A stretch of DNA of 64,000 nt from Candidatus Woesearchaeota archaeon (GCA_964613185.1 CAZTIP010000003.1:2987-66986); one strand, 5' to 3'. Positions 45,138 through 56,366 are shown, counted from the stretch's first letter. Numbers and translations: made by a program. The notes: a model not told the origin generated them from the sequence alone.

Positions 45138-47309
45138 TTATTGATTTTCTGCCAAACCTTTTCTATCCCTAATCTGTTGAATAATCTTTGCTTGAAAATC
45201 GTTAGGTAATTTCTTAAAGGTCTGGCTAACTAATGATGAAACTCCACGTCCTTCTGTTGCAGAACGTAAATCTGAAGTCCATCCAATCATTTCTTGAACA
45301 GGAATTTCTGCTTGAATAACAACTCCGGAGGATTCTTGTTGAACTTCAACCAAATTACCTCGCTTAGTTGAAACAAGAGAAGTTGCAGCACCCATAAATT
45401 CGGTTGGTGCTTCAATCTGATGAACCTGGACAGGTTCATAAATAGTCGGGGTAGCTTTTGCAAATGCTGCACGAATAGATTCCCGAATAGCAGGATAAAC
45501 TTGTGCAGGTCCTCGATGAATTGCATCTTCATGCAATTTTAAATCAACCAAAGAAACTTTCAATTTCAAACAAGGTTCACGTGCCAAGGGGCCTGCCTTC
45601 ATAACTTCTTCAAAAGAATCCAAGACCAATTCAATAACTTCCCCAATATGGACTTCTCCCTTAGTTTTATCTAAAAAAACATTTCCCTGAAAAATATTTC
45701 GATATTGTTGAGCTTCATCTCGAGAAATTCCAAGACCTACAAGAGTTTCATCAAGAGCCTTATCTTTTTTCTTAATTCTTCCTTTCGGTAAAGTTCCGTC
45801 AGCAATTGCTTCAACAATTGAATCTTCAAGAGGTTCAACAGTCAAAAAGAAACTATTATGTTTATTTGGACTTCTTCCTTCCGAAGGAACACTTTGTTTA
45901 ACTACAGATTCTCTAAAAACAACAATCGGTGCACCAGATTCAACTTCCAAACCTTTTTCAGTTTTAATTCTATTTTCAATAATTTCTAAATGTAATTCTC
46001 CCATTCCAGAAAGTAACGATTCTCCAGTTTCTTCATTAATTTCAATTCTCAATGAGGGGTCTTCTTTTCCAATTTGTCGAAGGATTTCAACAAGTTTTGG
46101 CAAATCTGCAGTTCTCTTTGCAGAAATAGATTTTGTAACAACAGGTTCAAATAAATGGCTAATTGCTTCAAAGGGTTCAATAGGATTTTTTGAAACAGTT
46201 TCTCCAACAACAACATCTTTTAATCCCACAATTCCTACAATATTTCCTGAAACAACCTCATCAAGTTGAACCCTCTGAGCACCCTTGTAAACAGAAACTT
46301 GTTGAGCCCTAACTTTTTTCTTAGCAATATTCAAATATAATTCATCTCCTTGTTTAATTTTTCCACCAAAAAGTCTACCTGCCGCAACTTCTCCTGCATG
46401 AGGATCCACAACAATTTTAATAGGAACAAATGCAACTTCCCCCTCAATATTACAGGATTGTAAATCTTTTCCAGCAGGACTTTCTAAATCTCCGTGCCAA
46501 ATTTTAGGAATACGATAGTTTTGTGCATTAACTGGATCTGGATGATTATTAACTACCATATTTAAAATAACTTCATGAATAGGGGCTTTTTTAGCAAGAA
46601 CTTTATAATTCTCTCCCCCTTCTTCGTAAGCATCAATAATTTCCTTAAATGAGATTCCATTCTTCTGCATATATGGAATCGATAAAGCCCAATTGTGAAA
46701 AGCGGAACCAAAAGCAACAGAACCATCTGCAACAGAGACTTGGAATTTTTCTTTAAATTCTGGTTCAGCAATATTTGCAATTAATTTATTAACATCATTA
46801 ATAATCCCAACAAATCTTTTTTGCATTTCTTCAGGAGTAAGTTTAACCTCCCTAATTAACCTATCAACTTTATTAATAAACAAAATAGGTTTCACTCTTT
46901 CTTTCAGAGCTTGTCTAAGAACAGTTTCAGTTTGAGGCATAATTCCTTCAGAAGCACAAGTAAGAACAATAGCTCCATCGACTGCCCTCATTGCACGAGT
47001 CACATCCCCTCCAAAATCTACATGTCCAGGAGTATCAATTAGATTAATCAAATAGTCTGAATCTTCAACCTTATGAACCATAGAAACCGAAGCAGAATCA
47101 ATCGTAATTCCTCTTTCAGCCTCGTCCTCATGAAAATCCAATGTTCTTGCCTTTCCTGCTAAGTCTTCACTCATCATTCCAGCACCTGCAAGAAGGTTAT
47201 CTGAAAAAGTAGTTTTTCCATGATCAATGTGTGCACAAATTGCAATGTTTCGAATATGTTTAGGATCTCTTTGCAATTCTTTAACTTTTTCAGTCATATC
47301 AACAGCCAT
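45138..47309 (-). CDS. fusA: Elongation factor EF-2
   Basis: AHIDHGKTT, RGITI, DTPGHVDF, diphthamide loop HEDAIHRG. Confidence 0.97.
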   Translation of the reverse strand: MAVDMTEKVKELQRDPKHIRNIAICAHIDHGKTTFSDNLLAGAGMMSEDLAGKARTLDFHEDEAERGITIDSASVSMVHKVEDSDYLINLIDTPGHVDFGGDVTRAMRAVDGAIVLTCASEGIMPQTETVLRQALKERVKPILFINKVDRLIREVKLTPEEMQKRFVGIINDVNKLIANIAEPEFKEKFQVSVADGSVAFGSAFHNWALSIPYMQKNGISFKEIIDAYEEGGENYKVLAKKAPIHEVILNMVVNNHPDPVNAQNYRIPKIWHGDLESPAGKDLQSCNIEGEVAFVPIKIVVDPHAGEVAAGRLFGGKIKQGDELYLNIAKKKVRAQQVSVYKGAQRVQLDEVVSGNIVGIVGLKDVVVGETVSKNPIEPFEAISHLFEPVVTKSISAKRTADLPKLVEILRQIGKEDPSLRIEINEETGESLLSGMGELHLEIIENRIKTEKGLEVESGAPIVVFRESVVKQSVPSEGRSPNKHNSFFLTVEPLEDSIVEAIADGTLPKGRIKKKDKALDETLVGLGISRDEAQQYRNIFQGNVFLDKTKGEVHIGEVIELVLDSFEEVMKAGPLAREPCLKLKVSLVDLKLHEDAIHRGPAQVYPAIRESIRAAFAKATPTIYEPVQVHQIEAPTEFMGAATSLVSTKRGNLVEVQQESSGVVIQAEIPVQEMIGWTSDLRSATEGRGVSSLVSQTFKKLPNDFQAKIIQQIRDRKGLAENQ

Positions 47310-47388
47310 AAATAATTCATTGAAAAATCTATTTAAAAAGTTTGGGGTAAATATATTTTAAAAAAAATTATTAACTTTAAGTCAAAAA

Positions 47389-47985
47389 TTAACGGGCAGC
47401 ATCTGCTTGTTTCTCTGCATCATTCTTTTTAGAAACGGCATAACTTTCACTAGAATTTTCAGAAGCTGCCATTATCTCTTTTGCCAAAGATTCAACAATT
47501 GTTGCTTTTTTATTAAATGCCCTATCATAAGAGCCATGAACAATATATCGAAGAACTAAATTTAATCTTCTTCGAGGAGATACGTCAACTGCTTGAGGAT
47601 ATTTTGCACCACCATATTCTATTGAAGTAACTTCATCTCGTGGAGAACCATTTTCAATTGCTTTAACAAAAATCTTTACTGGATTTTCACCAGTTTTCTT
47701 TTCAATAATCTTAAATGCGTCTAAAACAATTTTTGTACATCGAGGTTGTTTTCCTGTAATCCACCCAGTAATAATTTTATGTTTCTTTCCCCGACTTCCA
47801 GGAACCTGTAAAAGATTAATTAATCTTTCAACGACATTAACCTTTGAACGAGAAGGGTCTTTCTTAATTCTCCCATGAGATTTTAAAATCAATTTAGGAT
47901 TTAAATTAACAACTCTTTTCAATCCAGGGTCTTCAACTTTAACTTCAGAAACATCAAAAATGCCAAAAATTTTCATTTGAGCCAT
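47389..47985 (-). CDS. rps7: 30S ribosomal protein uS7
   Basis: VERLIN, PRDEVT..YGG..YPQAVDVSP. Confidence 0.95.
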   Translation of the reverse strand: MAQMKIFGIFDVSEVKVEDPGLKRVVNLNPKLILKSHGRIKKDPSRSKVNVVERLINLLQVPGSRGKKHKIITGWITGKQPRCTKIVLDAFKIIEKKTGENPVKIFVKAIENGSPRDEVTSIEYGGAKYPQAVDVSPRRRLNLVLRYIVHGSYDRAFNKKATIVESLAKEIMAASENSSESYAVSKKNDAEKQADAAR

Positions 47986-47987
47986 AA

Positions 47988-48410
47988 TTATCTTCTTCCC
48001 TTTTCAATCTTCCCCATCCAAAGTCTTTCAAGAGGTTGATCATTTACTTTAATAACTGCAAATCGAACACCAGACAAATCACCTTTTGTTCTTCCTTGTT
48101 TTCCACCAATTCTTTCAATTATAACTTCATCATGTTCATCAACAAACTTTTGAGCTAAATTTCCTGGGATGAACGCAGTAACTTCTTTCCCATTCTTAAT
48201 TAACTGAACCCTACAACATTTTCTCATTGCAGAGTTAGGTTGTTTAGCTTCCTTCTGAATTTTTTTAGTAACAATCCCCTTTGCCTGAGATGCTCTTCCA
48301 ATTGGGTCAAACTTCAAACTAATTCCAAGTCTTTTCTTTTTATCAGGAAGCCGATTATCTCTAAATTTCTTCCTGGATTTTTTCAATTTTCTTCCATTCA
48401 TTAATCCCAT
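47988..48410 (-). CDS. rps12: 30S ribosomal protein uS12
   Basis: KQPNSAMRKCCRVQLIKNGK. Confidence 0.96.
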   Translation of the reverse strand: MGLMNGRKLKKSRKKFRDNRLPDKKKRLGISLKFDPIGRASQAKGIVTKKIQKEAKQPNSAMRKCCRVQLIKNGKEVTAFIPGNLAQKFVDEHDEVIIERIGGKQGRTKGDLSGVRFAVIKVNDQPLERLWMGKIEKGRR

Positions 48411-48485
48411 AGTATAAATTAGGTGAAGTTTTGATTTATAAAGTTATTGTAAAAATTCAAATTATGCTCATAAAAATAATCAAAA

Positions 48486-48911
48486 TTAAGCTATCTTTAA
48501 TTTGACAATATTAAAATAATTTTTCAAAACATCCGATAATTCTTTTTCCCGAATTCGATTCCTTCCAATCAGTGAAGCTTTATTTTGACGCCCAGCATTA
48601 ATTGTCATTGAATCCCCTACAAGTTCAACATTATTAAATTCTACAGGATCAACAACATCTTTAACGAATTTAGAAATTCCGTCATTACTTTCAACAGGAG
48701 GCATTGTAACAATCTTAATATTTTTACGTAAAATTCCTCTCAATTTTTTTATATTTTCTGCACCTTTTCCAATAGCCTTAGAAACTTTGGATTTAGGAAC
48801 TGCGAAGACAATTTGGTTATTATAAAAAAAACAGTTATTTGTTGAAACACCAGAAACTTTTGAAAATAAATTAATATACCTCATTAACTGCATATCTATA
48901 ACTCTAGCCAT
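48486..48911 (-). CDS. nusA: Archaeal NusA (KH-domain)
   Basis: AIGKGAENIKKL and LIGRN KH loops; conserved synteny. Confidence 0.88.
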   Translation of the reverse strand: MARVIDMQLMRYINLFSKVSGVSTNNCFFYNNQIVFAVPKSKVSKAIGKGAENIKKLRGILRKNIKIVTMPPVESNDGISKFVKDVVDPVEFNNVELVGDSMTINAGRQNKASLIGRNRIREKELSDVLKNYFNIVKLKIA

Positions 48912-48912
48912 C

Positions 48913-49191
48913 TTATTTTGATTTTTTAGAAACTAAGTCTTGTCGAATCAATGAAAAAACTTCACATTCAAAATCAAGGTTTAATTCTTTTGAAATTTCT
49001 TCTTTTGATTTTAGGACTACAAACTCTATATTTGCAGATTCAAGTTTTTCAACAGTTTCATCACGAGTATCTTTTGCAATAAAAACATTAGATAGATTCT
49101 TAGAATTTTTCAAAGATTGACGAATACCAAAAAGAACGCTTTCTTTTTCAATTGAATCTTTTATTTCTTTTAAACTCATATCATTAATCAA
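48913..49191 (-). CDS. rpl30e: Divergent ribosomal protein eL30 (L7Ae/L30e family)
   Basis: Position between rpoA and nusA; FGIRQSLK..VFIAKD pattern. Confidence 0.65.
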   Translation of the reverse strand: MINDMSLKEIKDSIEKESVLFGIRQSLKNSKNLSNVFIAKDTRDETVEKLESANIEFVVLKSKEEISKELNLDFECEVFSLIRQDLVSKKSK

Positions 49192-49216
49192 AAAAATCTT
49201 TATTTAAACTTAACCC

Positions 49217-52200
49217 TTATTTTTTATCCTTAGTTTTTTTATCAGATAAAGAACCTGTAACCTTCACAAGAAGTCCTGGAAGTCCAGTTCCCACAGGAAC
49301 TGGCTGGTTCAAAATAACATTTTCAATAACAGAAGCAAGTTTATCTTTTTTTCCAGTTTTAGTTGCTTGTACAAACTGTTTATCTGGAGTTTCAAAACTT
49401 GCCCTTGCTAAAATAGAACTCTTATTAGAAATAATTCCCATTCGAGTAATTCCCTTTACAGTCCCATAATTTGTCATTGTATCTGCAAGAAGCATTGCAT
49501 GTTTAATATCCACATCAAGACCTTGAGAAATAATAACTTTTTGAATTTCATTAATAATTACTTGGCGTGCAACTTCAATTCCCAAAACCTTCGAAACTTC
49601 ATGAATATCATTAGTAATTGTCCTATCTTTATCTACACCTTTAAACTCAAGAATATCTTTCAAATTAGAACCTGCAGTTAAAATTACAAAATCTTTATCT
49701 CTTTTAACAATCAAAACTTGAGAAATTTTCTTTACACCAGTCAAAATAACATCTTTTATTTTTTCCTTAACTTTGTAAATTTCTTTAAAATCTTCATTAG
49801 ACATATCCAGAACCATCCCATCGGAAAGTTTTTTTATGGCAAATCCTTTTTCAGTTAAAACTTCAACAACTTTATCAAGGGAAATATGTGCCCTTTTAAG
49901 TGCATCAGAATCTATATTAACATTTATTTTTTTAGAACCAAAATCAATAGAGATGTCTGAAACAATATCTTTTAATTTAACTTCTTTTATTTTTTCAGCA
50001 ATAATTGTAGCCTTAGCCTCATTATTATGTTCTTTATCTAAATATATTTCCATAGCCGGAGTTTTAGGCAATTTTCTAGCGTCTAAAATTTCAATAATTC
50101 TCGGAAGACCCTGAGTAACCTGAACTTCTGCAACACCTGCCGCATGAAATACATTAAGAACCATTTGTGTAGAAGATTCTCCAAAAGATTGAGCAGTTAC
50201 AAGACCAATAGCTTCTCCAGGAGATACTTTTTGATTCTTATGGGTTTTAGAAATATCTAAACCATCTGGACCATATTTAAATTGAATTAAATTATTAGAG
50301 GCATCTCTAACAGTTCCATCATATGCCATAACCAAATCTTGCAATGCATTTGCCAACCTCCTATAAAGGTATCCAGATTTGGGAGTTTTAAGAGCAGTAT
50401 CCATTAAACCATCTCTTCCCGTCATGGAACCAAAGAAAAATTCATCAGGACGAAGACCATCCATAAAAGAACTATAAATAAATCCTCCTGCCTTTGGAGA
50501 TAAATCTTTTTTATTAAATAATGATAGAGTTCTTTCAGTATATCCAAAGTCAATTCTTCGTCCATTCAATACTTGTTGACCGACAGAACAAGCAATTTGG
50601 GTAATATTCAACAAACTTCCACCGGCACCAGAACTAATCATTTTGTTTGCCAAATTATCTTTTGAAAATCCTTCCTTAACCTTATCCCCAATTTCAGTTC
50701 TTGTCTGATTCAGGACTTGCAAAATTTTAATTTCTCGAGTTTCTTCAGGAGTTTTACCAGGCAATAATTCCATACTTTTATCATAATAACTTTCAATAAT
50801 TTCTTTGGTTTTAATTTCTGCAGATTTAATAATTGATTTATTTTTTTCTTTAATTTCTTCAGGCACATCTAAATCATCTGTAGATAATGTAAATCCTGTT
50901 CGAGATAGGAATGTGGTTCCTAAAGAAAAAACATTTTCTAAAAGTTTCATAGTTTCTTTTCTTCCCAATTCATTATCTGTAATTCTCAATACATCTCCCT
51001 TTTCACTTTTGAAACCTTTATAATCTACTTCTTTTCCAGAAAGTTTTTTTGGAAGAAGTTTTGAAAAAACATCTTCTCCAGAATTAATTTTATTAAAACT
51101 AGAATGATTAATTCCAGATTCATGTAATAACTGGGCTGCATCTTCCTTAGTTAAACTACTTTCATTAAGCATAAAATTTCCGCTAACTGCATCCTTCACA
51201 CAACCTAAAAGATTCATACTATTTTTTGGAGAAAATAAATTTTCATTAACATTCAATAAAACTTCTGCTTCAGCTCTTGCTTCTTCAGTTTGAGGGGCAT
51301 GAACATTCATTTCATCTCCATCAAAATCTGCATTATAGGGATTACAAACAGCAGGGTGAATTCTGAAAGTTTTACCAGGCAATACTTTTACAAAGTGGGC
51401 CATTAAGGATGCACGGTGTAATGAAGGATACCTATTAAACAAGACAATATCGCCATCAATCAAATGTCTTTCAACAATATATCCAGGTTCAATTTCTTCA
51501 ATTAAATCTTCCCTAAGTTCTTCCGTAATTCTTTTTCTTTTTCCATCAGGACGAACAATATAATTTGCAGCAGGATATTCCACTGATTTAATTATTTCTT
51601 TCAATCGTTTCATATTTATACTCGTAACTTTTTCAGAAACTGTCAAAATTTTTGCAACTTTTAATGGGATTCCAACTTCATTCAATTTTAAATTTGGGTC
51701 GGGAGAAATAACAGTTCTAGCAGAAAAATTAACCCTTTTACCAGTTAAATTTTTTCTAATTCTACCTTCCTTTCCTTTAATTCTTTCAGTAATTGTTTTT
51801 AATGGTTGTCCACTTCTGTGTCTAGCTGGAGGAATTTTAGCAATGGAATTATCAAAAAAAGTGGTAATATGGTATTGTAATAAATCCCATAAATCTTCGA
51901 TAATAACTTCCGGGGCCCCAGCATTAAGGTTTTCCCAAAGTCGTTGATTAGAACGAATGATATCTGAAAGTTTATGGGTAAGGTCGTCTTCAGAACGTTC
52001 ACCAGATTCCAAAGTAATTGAAGGTCTAACAGTTACAGAAGGTACAAGGACCGAAGTTAAAATTGCCCATTCAGGCCTAAGATTTTTAGAATTAATTCCA
52101 AGAATTTTTAAATCTTCATCAGAAACTTTTACCAATCTTTCCCTAATTTCTGAAGGAAATAATCTTCTTCTTCCACTTCTAAAAGTTGTAGGTTTTTCTA

Positions 52201-52648
52201 GTTTAACTTTCTCTTGAATAATACTACAATGATGACATTTTTTTCCATCTTTCGCTTTTTTAATTCTATCAATCAAAGGTTTTTCTAAATCTTTTTCATC
52301 TTTAATCAAAACTTTTCCACAAGCTTCACAAGTAGATCTCAAAACTAAATCTATAATTGGCAAATATTTTATATGCACAACAGGCCTAGCTAATTCTATA
52401 ATCCCTGGATGTCCTAAACATTCTTTCAATCGACCACCACAAGTTCTACACCGAACTCCAGGATCAATAGCACCTAACCTTAAATCCATCAATCCACCAT
52501 CAACAGGATATCCATCAACATCATAAAGTTCCGGAGTTACAATTTTAGCAACTGAAAGTTTTTTTATCTGTTCGGGACTTAATAGGTGAAAATTCATTCC
52601 GCTAATTTTTTTCTTAACTGGCCTATTCATATTTATTTTTAGTATCAA
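49217..52648 (-). CDS. rpoA: DNA-directed RNA polymerase largest subunit, A'+A'' fused
   Basis: CRTCG..C.GH zinc site, YNADFDGDEMN, then PGEAIG..AQS.GE..TQM..FH.AG and LARASFE of A'' in one ORF. Confidence 0.95.
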   Translation of the reverse strand: MILKINMNRPVKKKISGMNFHLLSPEQIKKLSVAKIVTPELYDVDGYPVDGGLMDLRLGAIDPGVRCRTCGGRLKECLGHPGIIELARPVVHIKYLPIIDLVLRSTCEACGKVLIKDEKDLEKPLIDRIKKAKDGKKCHHCSIIQEKVKLEKPTTFRSGRRRLFPSEIRERLVKVSDEDLKILGINSKNLRPEWAILTSVLVPSVTVRPSITLESGERSEDDLTHKLSDIIRSNQRLWENLNAGAPEVIIEDLWDLLQYHITTFFDNSIAKIPPARHRSGQPLKTITERIKGKEGRIRKNLTGKRVNFSARTVISPDPNLKLNEVGIPLKVAKILTVSEKVTSINMKRLKEIIKSVEYPAANYIVRPDGKRKRITEELREDLIEEIEPGYIVERHLIDGDIVLFNRYPSLHRASLMAHFVKVLPGKTFRIHPAVCNPYNADFDGDEMNVHAPQTEEARAEAEVLLNVNENLFSPKNSMNLLGCVKDAVSGNFMLNESSLTKEDAAQLLHESGINHSSFNKINSGEDVFSKLLPKKLSGKEVDYKGFKSEKGDVLRITDNELGRKETMKLLENVFSLGTTFLSRTGFTLSTDDLDVPEEIKEKNKSIIKSAEIKTKEIIESYYDKSMELLPGKTPEETREIKILQVLNQTRTEIGDKVKEGFSKDNLANKMISSGAGGSLLNITQIACSVGQQVLNGRRIDFGYTERTLSLFNKKDLSPKAGGFIYSSFMDGLRPDEFFFGSMTGRDGLMDTALKTPKSGYLYRRLANALQDLVMAYDGTVRDASNNLIQFKYGPDGLDISKTHKNQKVSPGEAIGLVTAQSFGESSTQMVLNVFHAAGVAEVQVTQGLPRIIEILDARKLPKTPAMEIYLDKEHNNEAKATIIAEKIKEVKLKDIVSDISIDFGSKKINVNIDSDALKRAHISLDKVVEVLTEKGFAIKKLSDGMVLDMSNEDFKEIYKVKEKIKDVILTGVKKISQVLIVKRDKDFVILTAGSNLKDILEFKGVDKDRTITNDIHEVSKVLGIEVARQVIINEIQKVIISQGLDVDIKHAMLLADTMTNYGTVKGITRMGIISNKSSILARASFETPDKQFVQATKTGKKDKLASVIENVILNQPVPVGTGLPGLLVKVTGSLSDKKTKDKK

Positions 52649-55600
52649 ATTTAGTTAATATATGTAATCCTTGTAATTCTTCAATCAATAATTTGAAGGC
52701 ATAAGAAACTTCGACAGGTTCAACTTGGTTAGAGTTACATAAACTACAAACCTTTTTATTATGAATTTGATCATCAATAACTATTCCACCACATTTCGAA
52801 CAAAGATTAATTATAACCTTATCTGAATCATATCTTTCTTTTAAAAGAAGTGAAGCTCCATGGCCAACTAACGCTTGTTGTTCCATTTCTCCTAATTTCA
52901 AGGCACCTCCACGAGCCCGACCTTCAATAGGTTGTCTTGTAAGCAAAGCAATTTTTCCAGAAGCCCTAGCATGAAGTGCATTTGCAACCATATATTTTAA
53001 TTTCAAATAAAACATATTTCCAATGAAAATTTTAACAGGCATTTTTTTCCCAGTAATCCCATTATACATAATCTCTTTTCCGTCTTCTCTAAATCCAAGT
53101 TTTTTCAAATTATTTTCCAATGTATCAATTGTTTCTCCAGAAAATGGAGAGGCATCAACAATCTTTCCAGATAAAGCAGCAACTTTTCCACCAAGTACAT
53201 CCATCAAATAACCAACAGTCATACGGGAAGGAACCCCGTGAGGGTTGAAAATTATATCTGGACGAACACCCTTTGAAGTAAAAGGAATATCATTTTCAGG
53301 GGCAATAAATCCAATAACTCCTTTTTGACCATGAGGAACCGAGAATTTATCTCCAATTTCTGGAACTCTTAATTCCCTCATTCTAATTCTAACAATTTTG
53401 TTACCTTCCTTATCTTGTGTAATAAAAACAGCATCGACAGTTCCATTTTCTCCTTGTCTAATTGCAGAAGAACTTTCTTTTTTTATCTGAATAGATATTT
53501 CTCTAGCTTCACTTAAAAATTTAGGAGGACTAGTTTTTCCAATAACAACTTCTCCTTCATTCATATCAGCTTCTGGATAAACAACACCATCATCTTCCAG
53601 ATAACGATAACTTTCCTCAGTCCTATATCCTGAAACATCTTTATCGGGAACAATAATTTCATCACGAAGACCTCCAGAATAATTCAACTCTACAGAAGTA
53701 TACGGTCTAAATCTAGAACTTCTTCCAAAACCTCTTTCAATAGAGCCCTTATTAAAAACAGTTGCATCCTCCATATTATAACCTTCATAAGGCATAATTG
53801 CCAAAACAACATTTTGACCAACAGGATGAACATCTAAAGTATCATAAACAAAACTTCGAACCAAAGGTTTCTGGGGGTAATGCAATAATGAAACATCAGT
53901 ATCAATTCTAACTGGGAAATTACCTGCATAGATTCCTAAACCTTGTTTATATGCCTTAGAACCACCTTTAACAAGTCTTGCAGGAGGCCCATGATTTCCA
54001 AAAGGTGTCAAAGAAACACTCACACCAAGGCAATCAATTTTATCTACTTCTAAATGAGTATGGTCTTCATTCAATTCAGATTCATCAAGACAAATATAAC
54101 AATCATCTTCTTCTGCAGCATCCAAATATTCAATAATCCCTTTTTTAACTAAATCGTCCCAAGATAAATTACCTTCACGAATTAAATTCAAATGTTCTTC
54201 TTTCAAAAGAGATTTTCCATTTTCAACAATAATTGCTGGACGAATAACTCTTCCAATTTCTGAACTCAAGAAGATAGTATCCAAAAATTTATCAAATCTT
54301 ACAGACATTTCAACAGGTAATTTTCCTGTTCTACGCATATTCTTCACAGATTTAACAAAATCTTCAGCTATTTTAACAACCCCTACAAATCTACCGTTAT
54401 AAAAAATATCCGTATCTCCATCTTCCTGAACCATTCCAGATTCTTCAAAAGCTTCCAATACAGTTTTATGTTCTATTGAAGTTTTAGTAGAAATTCTTGC
54501 AAGAAGGGCTAAATTTTTTCTAAGACCAATTTCAGTTCCTTCAGGAGTTTCAATAGGACAAAATCGTCCATAATGAGTTGGATGAACAGTTCTTGCAGCA
54601 AAATTTTCTTGTTCTCCCGGAAGTGAAGAGGTAACTCTTTGTAATTGGGACATCACAGAAAAAGAATTATTTTTATCCATATTTTGAGTAACTCCTTTTC
54701 GTTCTCCAATCCAGGAACCTGTAGCAATCGCACTTTCCATACGATGTGTAAATAAAGTGGATTTGGCAAGAGTTTTTATAGAATAAAATTTTCTTCGTTT
54801 AACCGTTTTTTGAAGGGAATGTTGAACTTCCCTCAAAAGAATATTCATGTTTACCCTAAATAAATCGGAAAGCAAGTCTCCAGATAGTCTAACCCTCTTA
54901 TTTGCATAATGATCCTTATCAGTCATAGAATTTTTAGGATTTTCCTTAGCAACATAATATTGTTTAATAAATTTACAAAGAGTTTTTGCCTTTTCAATTC
55001 TCGAATTTTTATCAAGACCAATATGAGGTAAAAAATATGAATCAATTCTTTGTTTAACCCTATCTAACATTTCCTTATTAGTTCCTTGAAGTGCACTCTT
55101 TTCTGCAATCCACATCAAAGCATCATTAACATTAGCAATATCTGCAAATTCATAAAAGTTAACAATTAGGCCATCAGTTTGTTTTTCAATAAGTTTAGCG
55201 ATTTCTGCATCACTTGTAAGTCCAAGGGCTTTCAAAAGAACAGTTGCAGGAATATCTCTAAATCTAGAAAAAGAGATTTCTAAAATACCTTGAGTATTTT
55301 CAACAACGGAAACAGGGATTTTATAGGCCCCTCTTTGGGAAAATAATCTTAGGAGTAATCTTTTCTTTATTTTTTGAAATTCCACAAAAGTTTGATTAGA
55401 CGCCAAATCTTCAGACATAACCATTACTCTTTCATTACCGTTAATTAAAAAATATCCCCCATGATCTTTAGGATCAATATAATTTTTAATTAGTTCTTCT
55501 TCAGACATTCCATAAAGATTACAAAATTTACTCTTAACCATTATCGGAATTCTTCCCAATTGGACTTTTTCAGTTTCAACTTGCCCAGCATAATTAATAG

Positions 55601-55880
55601 ACATTTCAATCCAAATAGGGGCAGCATAAGTCAATCCTCGAAGTCGAGATTCTGCAGGAGTTATAGGTTTGGAAGAACCATCAGATTCAACAATATCCGG
55701 TTTTCCAACAATCACATTTCCCAAGTTAATTTCAAAATCTTCATCAGGGATATTTTCTGAAAGCTCAGTAACAATCTCTTGAATTTTTTCATCAATAAAA
55801 TTATTAAAAGAAATGATATTTGATTCAACAAGTGAGTGAGTTTTTAAAAATTCCTTAACCAATAAATGTTCTGCCATCAA
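52623..55880 (-). CDS. rpoB: DNA-directed RNA polymerase subunit B (unsplit)
   Basis: GGYFLING.ER, CPIETPEG, GDKF..HGQKG, RQPIEGRARGG, C-terminal zinc finger. Confidence 0.96.
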   Translation of the reverse strand: MMAEHLLVKEFLKTHSLVESNIISFNNFIDEKIQEIVTELSENIPDEDFEINLGNVIVGKPDIVESDGSSKPITPAESRLRGLTYAAPIWIEMSINYAGQVETEKVQLGRIPIMVKSKFCNLYGMSEEELIKNYIDPKDHGGYFLINGNERVMVMSEDLASNQTFVEFQKIKKRLLLRLFSQRGAYKIPVSVVENTQGILEISFSRFRDIPATVLLKALGLTSDAEIAKLIEKQTDGLIVNFYEFADIANVNDALMWIAEKSALQGTNKEMLDRVKQRIDSYFLPHIGLDKNSRIEKAKTLCKFIKQYYVAKENPKNSMTDKDHYANKRVRLSGDLLSDLFRVNMNILLREVQHSLQKTVKRRKFYSIKTLAKSTLFTHRMESAIATGSWIGERKGVTQNMDKNNSFSVMSQLQRVTSSLPGEQENFAARTVHPTHYGRFCPIETPEGTEIGLRKNLALLARISTKTSIEHKTVLEAFEESGMVQEDGDTDIFYNGRFVGVVKIAEDFVKSVKNMRRTGKLPVEMSVRFDKFLDTIFLSSEIGRVIRPAIIVENGKSLLKEEHLNLIREGNLSWDDLVKKGIIEYLDAAEEDDCYICLDESELNEDHTHLEVDKIDCLGVSVSLTPFGNHGPPARLVKGGSKAYKQGLGIYAGNFPVRIDTDVSLLHYPQKPLVRSFVYDTLDVHPVGQNVVLAIMPYEGYNMEDATVFNKGSIERGFGRSSRFRPYTSVELNYSGGLRDEIIVPDKDVSGYRTEESYRYLEDDGVVYPEADMNEGEVVIGKTSPPKFLSEAREISIQIKKESSSAIRQGENGTVDAVFITQDKEGNKIVRIRMRELRVPEIGDKFSVPHGQKGVIGFIAPENDIPFTSKGVRPDIIFNPHGVPSRMTVGYLMDVLGGKVAALSGKIVDASPFSGETIDTLENNLKKLGFREDGKEIMYNGITGKKMPVKIFIGNMFYLKLKYMVANALHARASGKIALLTRQPIEGRARGGALKLGEMEQQALVGHGASLLLKERYDSDKVIINLCSKCGGIVIDDQIHNKKVCSLCNSNQVEPVEVSYAFKLLIEELQGLHILTKFDTKNKYE

Positions 55881-56080
55881 ATAACCACCCTATAATAAAC
55901 TTCAGAAAAATTTTCTGTTCGTTCAATTTTAACTACATCCCCAGTATCACAACCCTCAGGAAGTGCAGGATCTTTTTTAGGAATTTTGGGCAACTGCGCC
56001 AAAGAAATATTAAATTGTGAAAGAACTTTCTCGACCTCTTCCGGATTTAATTTAGTGTGCTTTGGTTGAAATATATGCAT
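55877..56080 (-). CDS. rpoH: RNA polymerase subunit H
   Basis: PKH..L, QLPKI..DP, GDVVKIER, YYRVV. Confidence 0.93.
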   Translation of the reverse strand: MHIFQPKHTKLNPEEVEKVLSQFNISLAQLPKIPKKDPALPEGCDTGDVVKIERTENFSEVYYRVVI

Positions 56081-56205
56081 CTTTTTTATATGGTGTCTTT
56101 AGATAAAAAAAATATCAAAAATGCCTTTAAAAACTTTTCGTATTTTGTTATTTTTAAGTAGTTCATGTCAAAATCTCTAAAAAAATATTTAAAGATTTTA
56201 ATAAA

Positions 56206-56280
56206 TGGCCCCGGGGGGATTTGAACCCCCGACACCTGGATTAAAAGTCCAGTGCTCTAACCAGGCTGAGCTACGGAGCC
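56206..56280 (-). tRNA. tRNA-Lys(TTT)
   Basis: GGCTCCG/CGGGGCC acceptor, CTGGA-CTTTTAA-TCCAG, GGTTCAAATCC. Confidence 0.95.
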
Positions 56281-56366
56281 ATTTTGTTTGTGAAAGCTTC
56301 GTAGTAAATGCATGGTTTTGAAAGGATTTTAATCATGTAACTAACCAGGCTGAGCTACGGAGCCAT
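56257..56366. repeat. 26-bp direct repeat of the tRNA-Lys 5' end (56257-56282 and 56341-56366)
   Basis: CTAACCAGGCTGAGCTACGGAGCCAT occurs twice, 84 bp apart. Confidence 0.92.
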
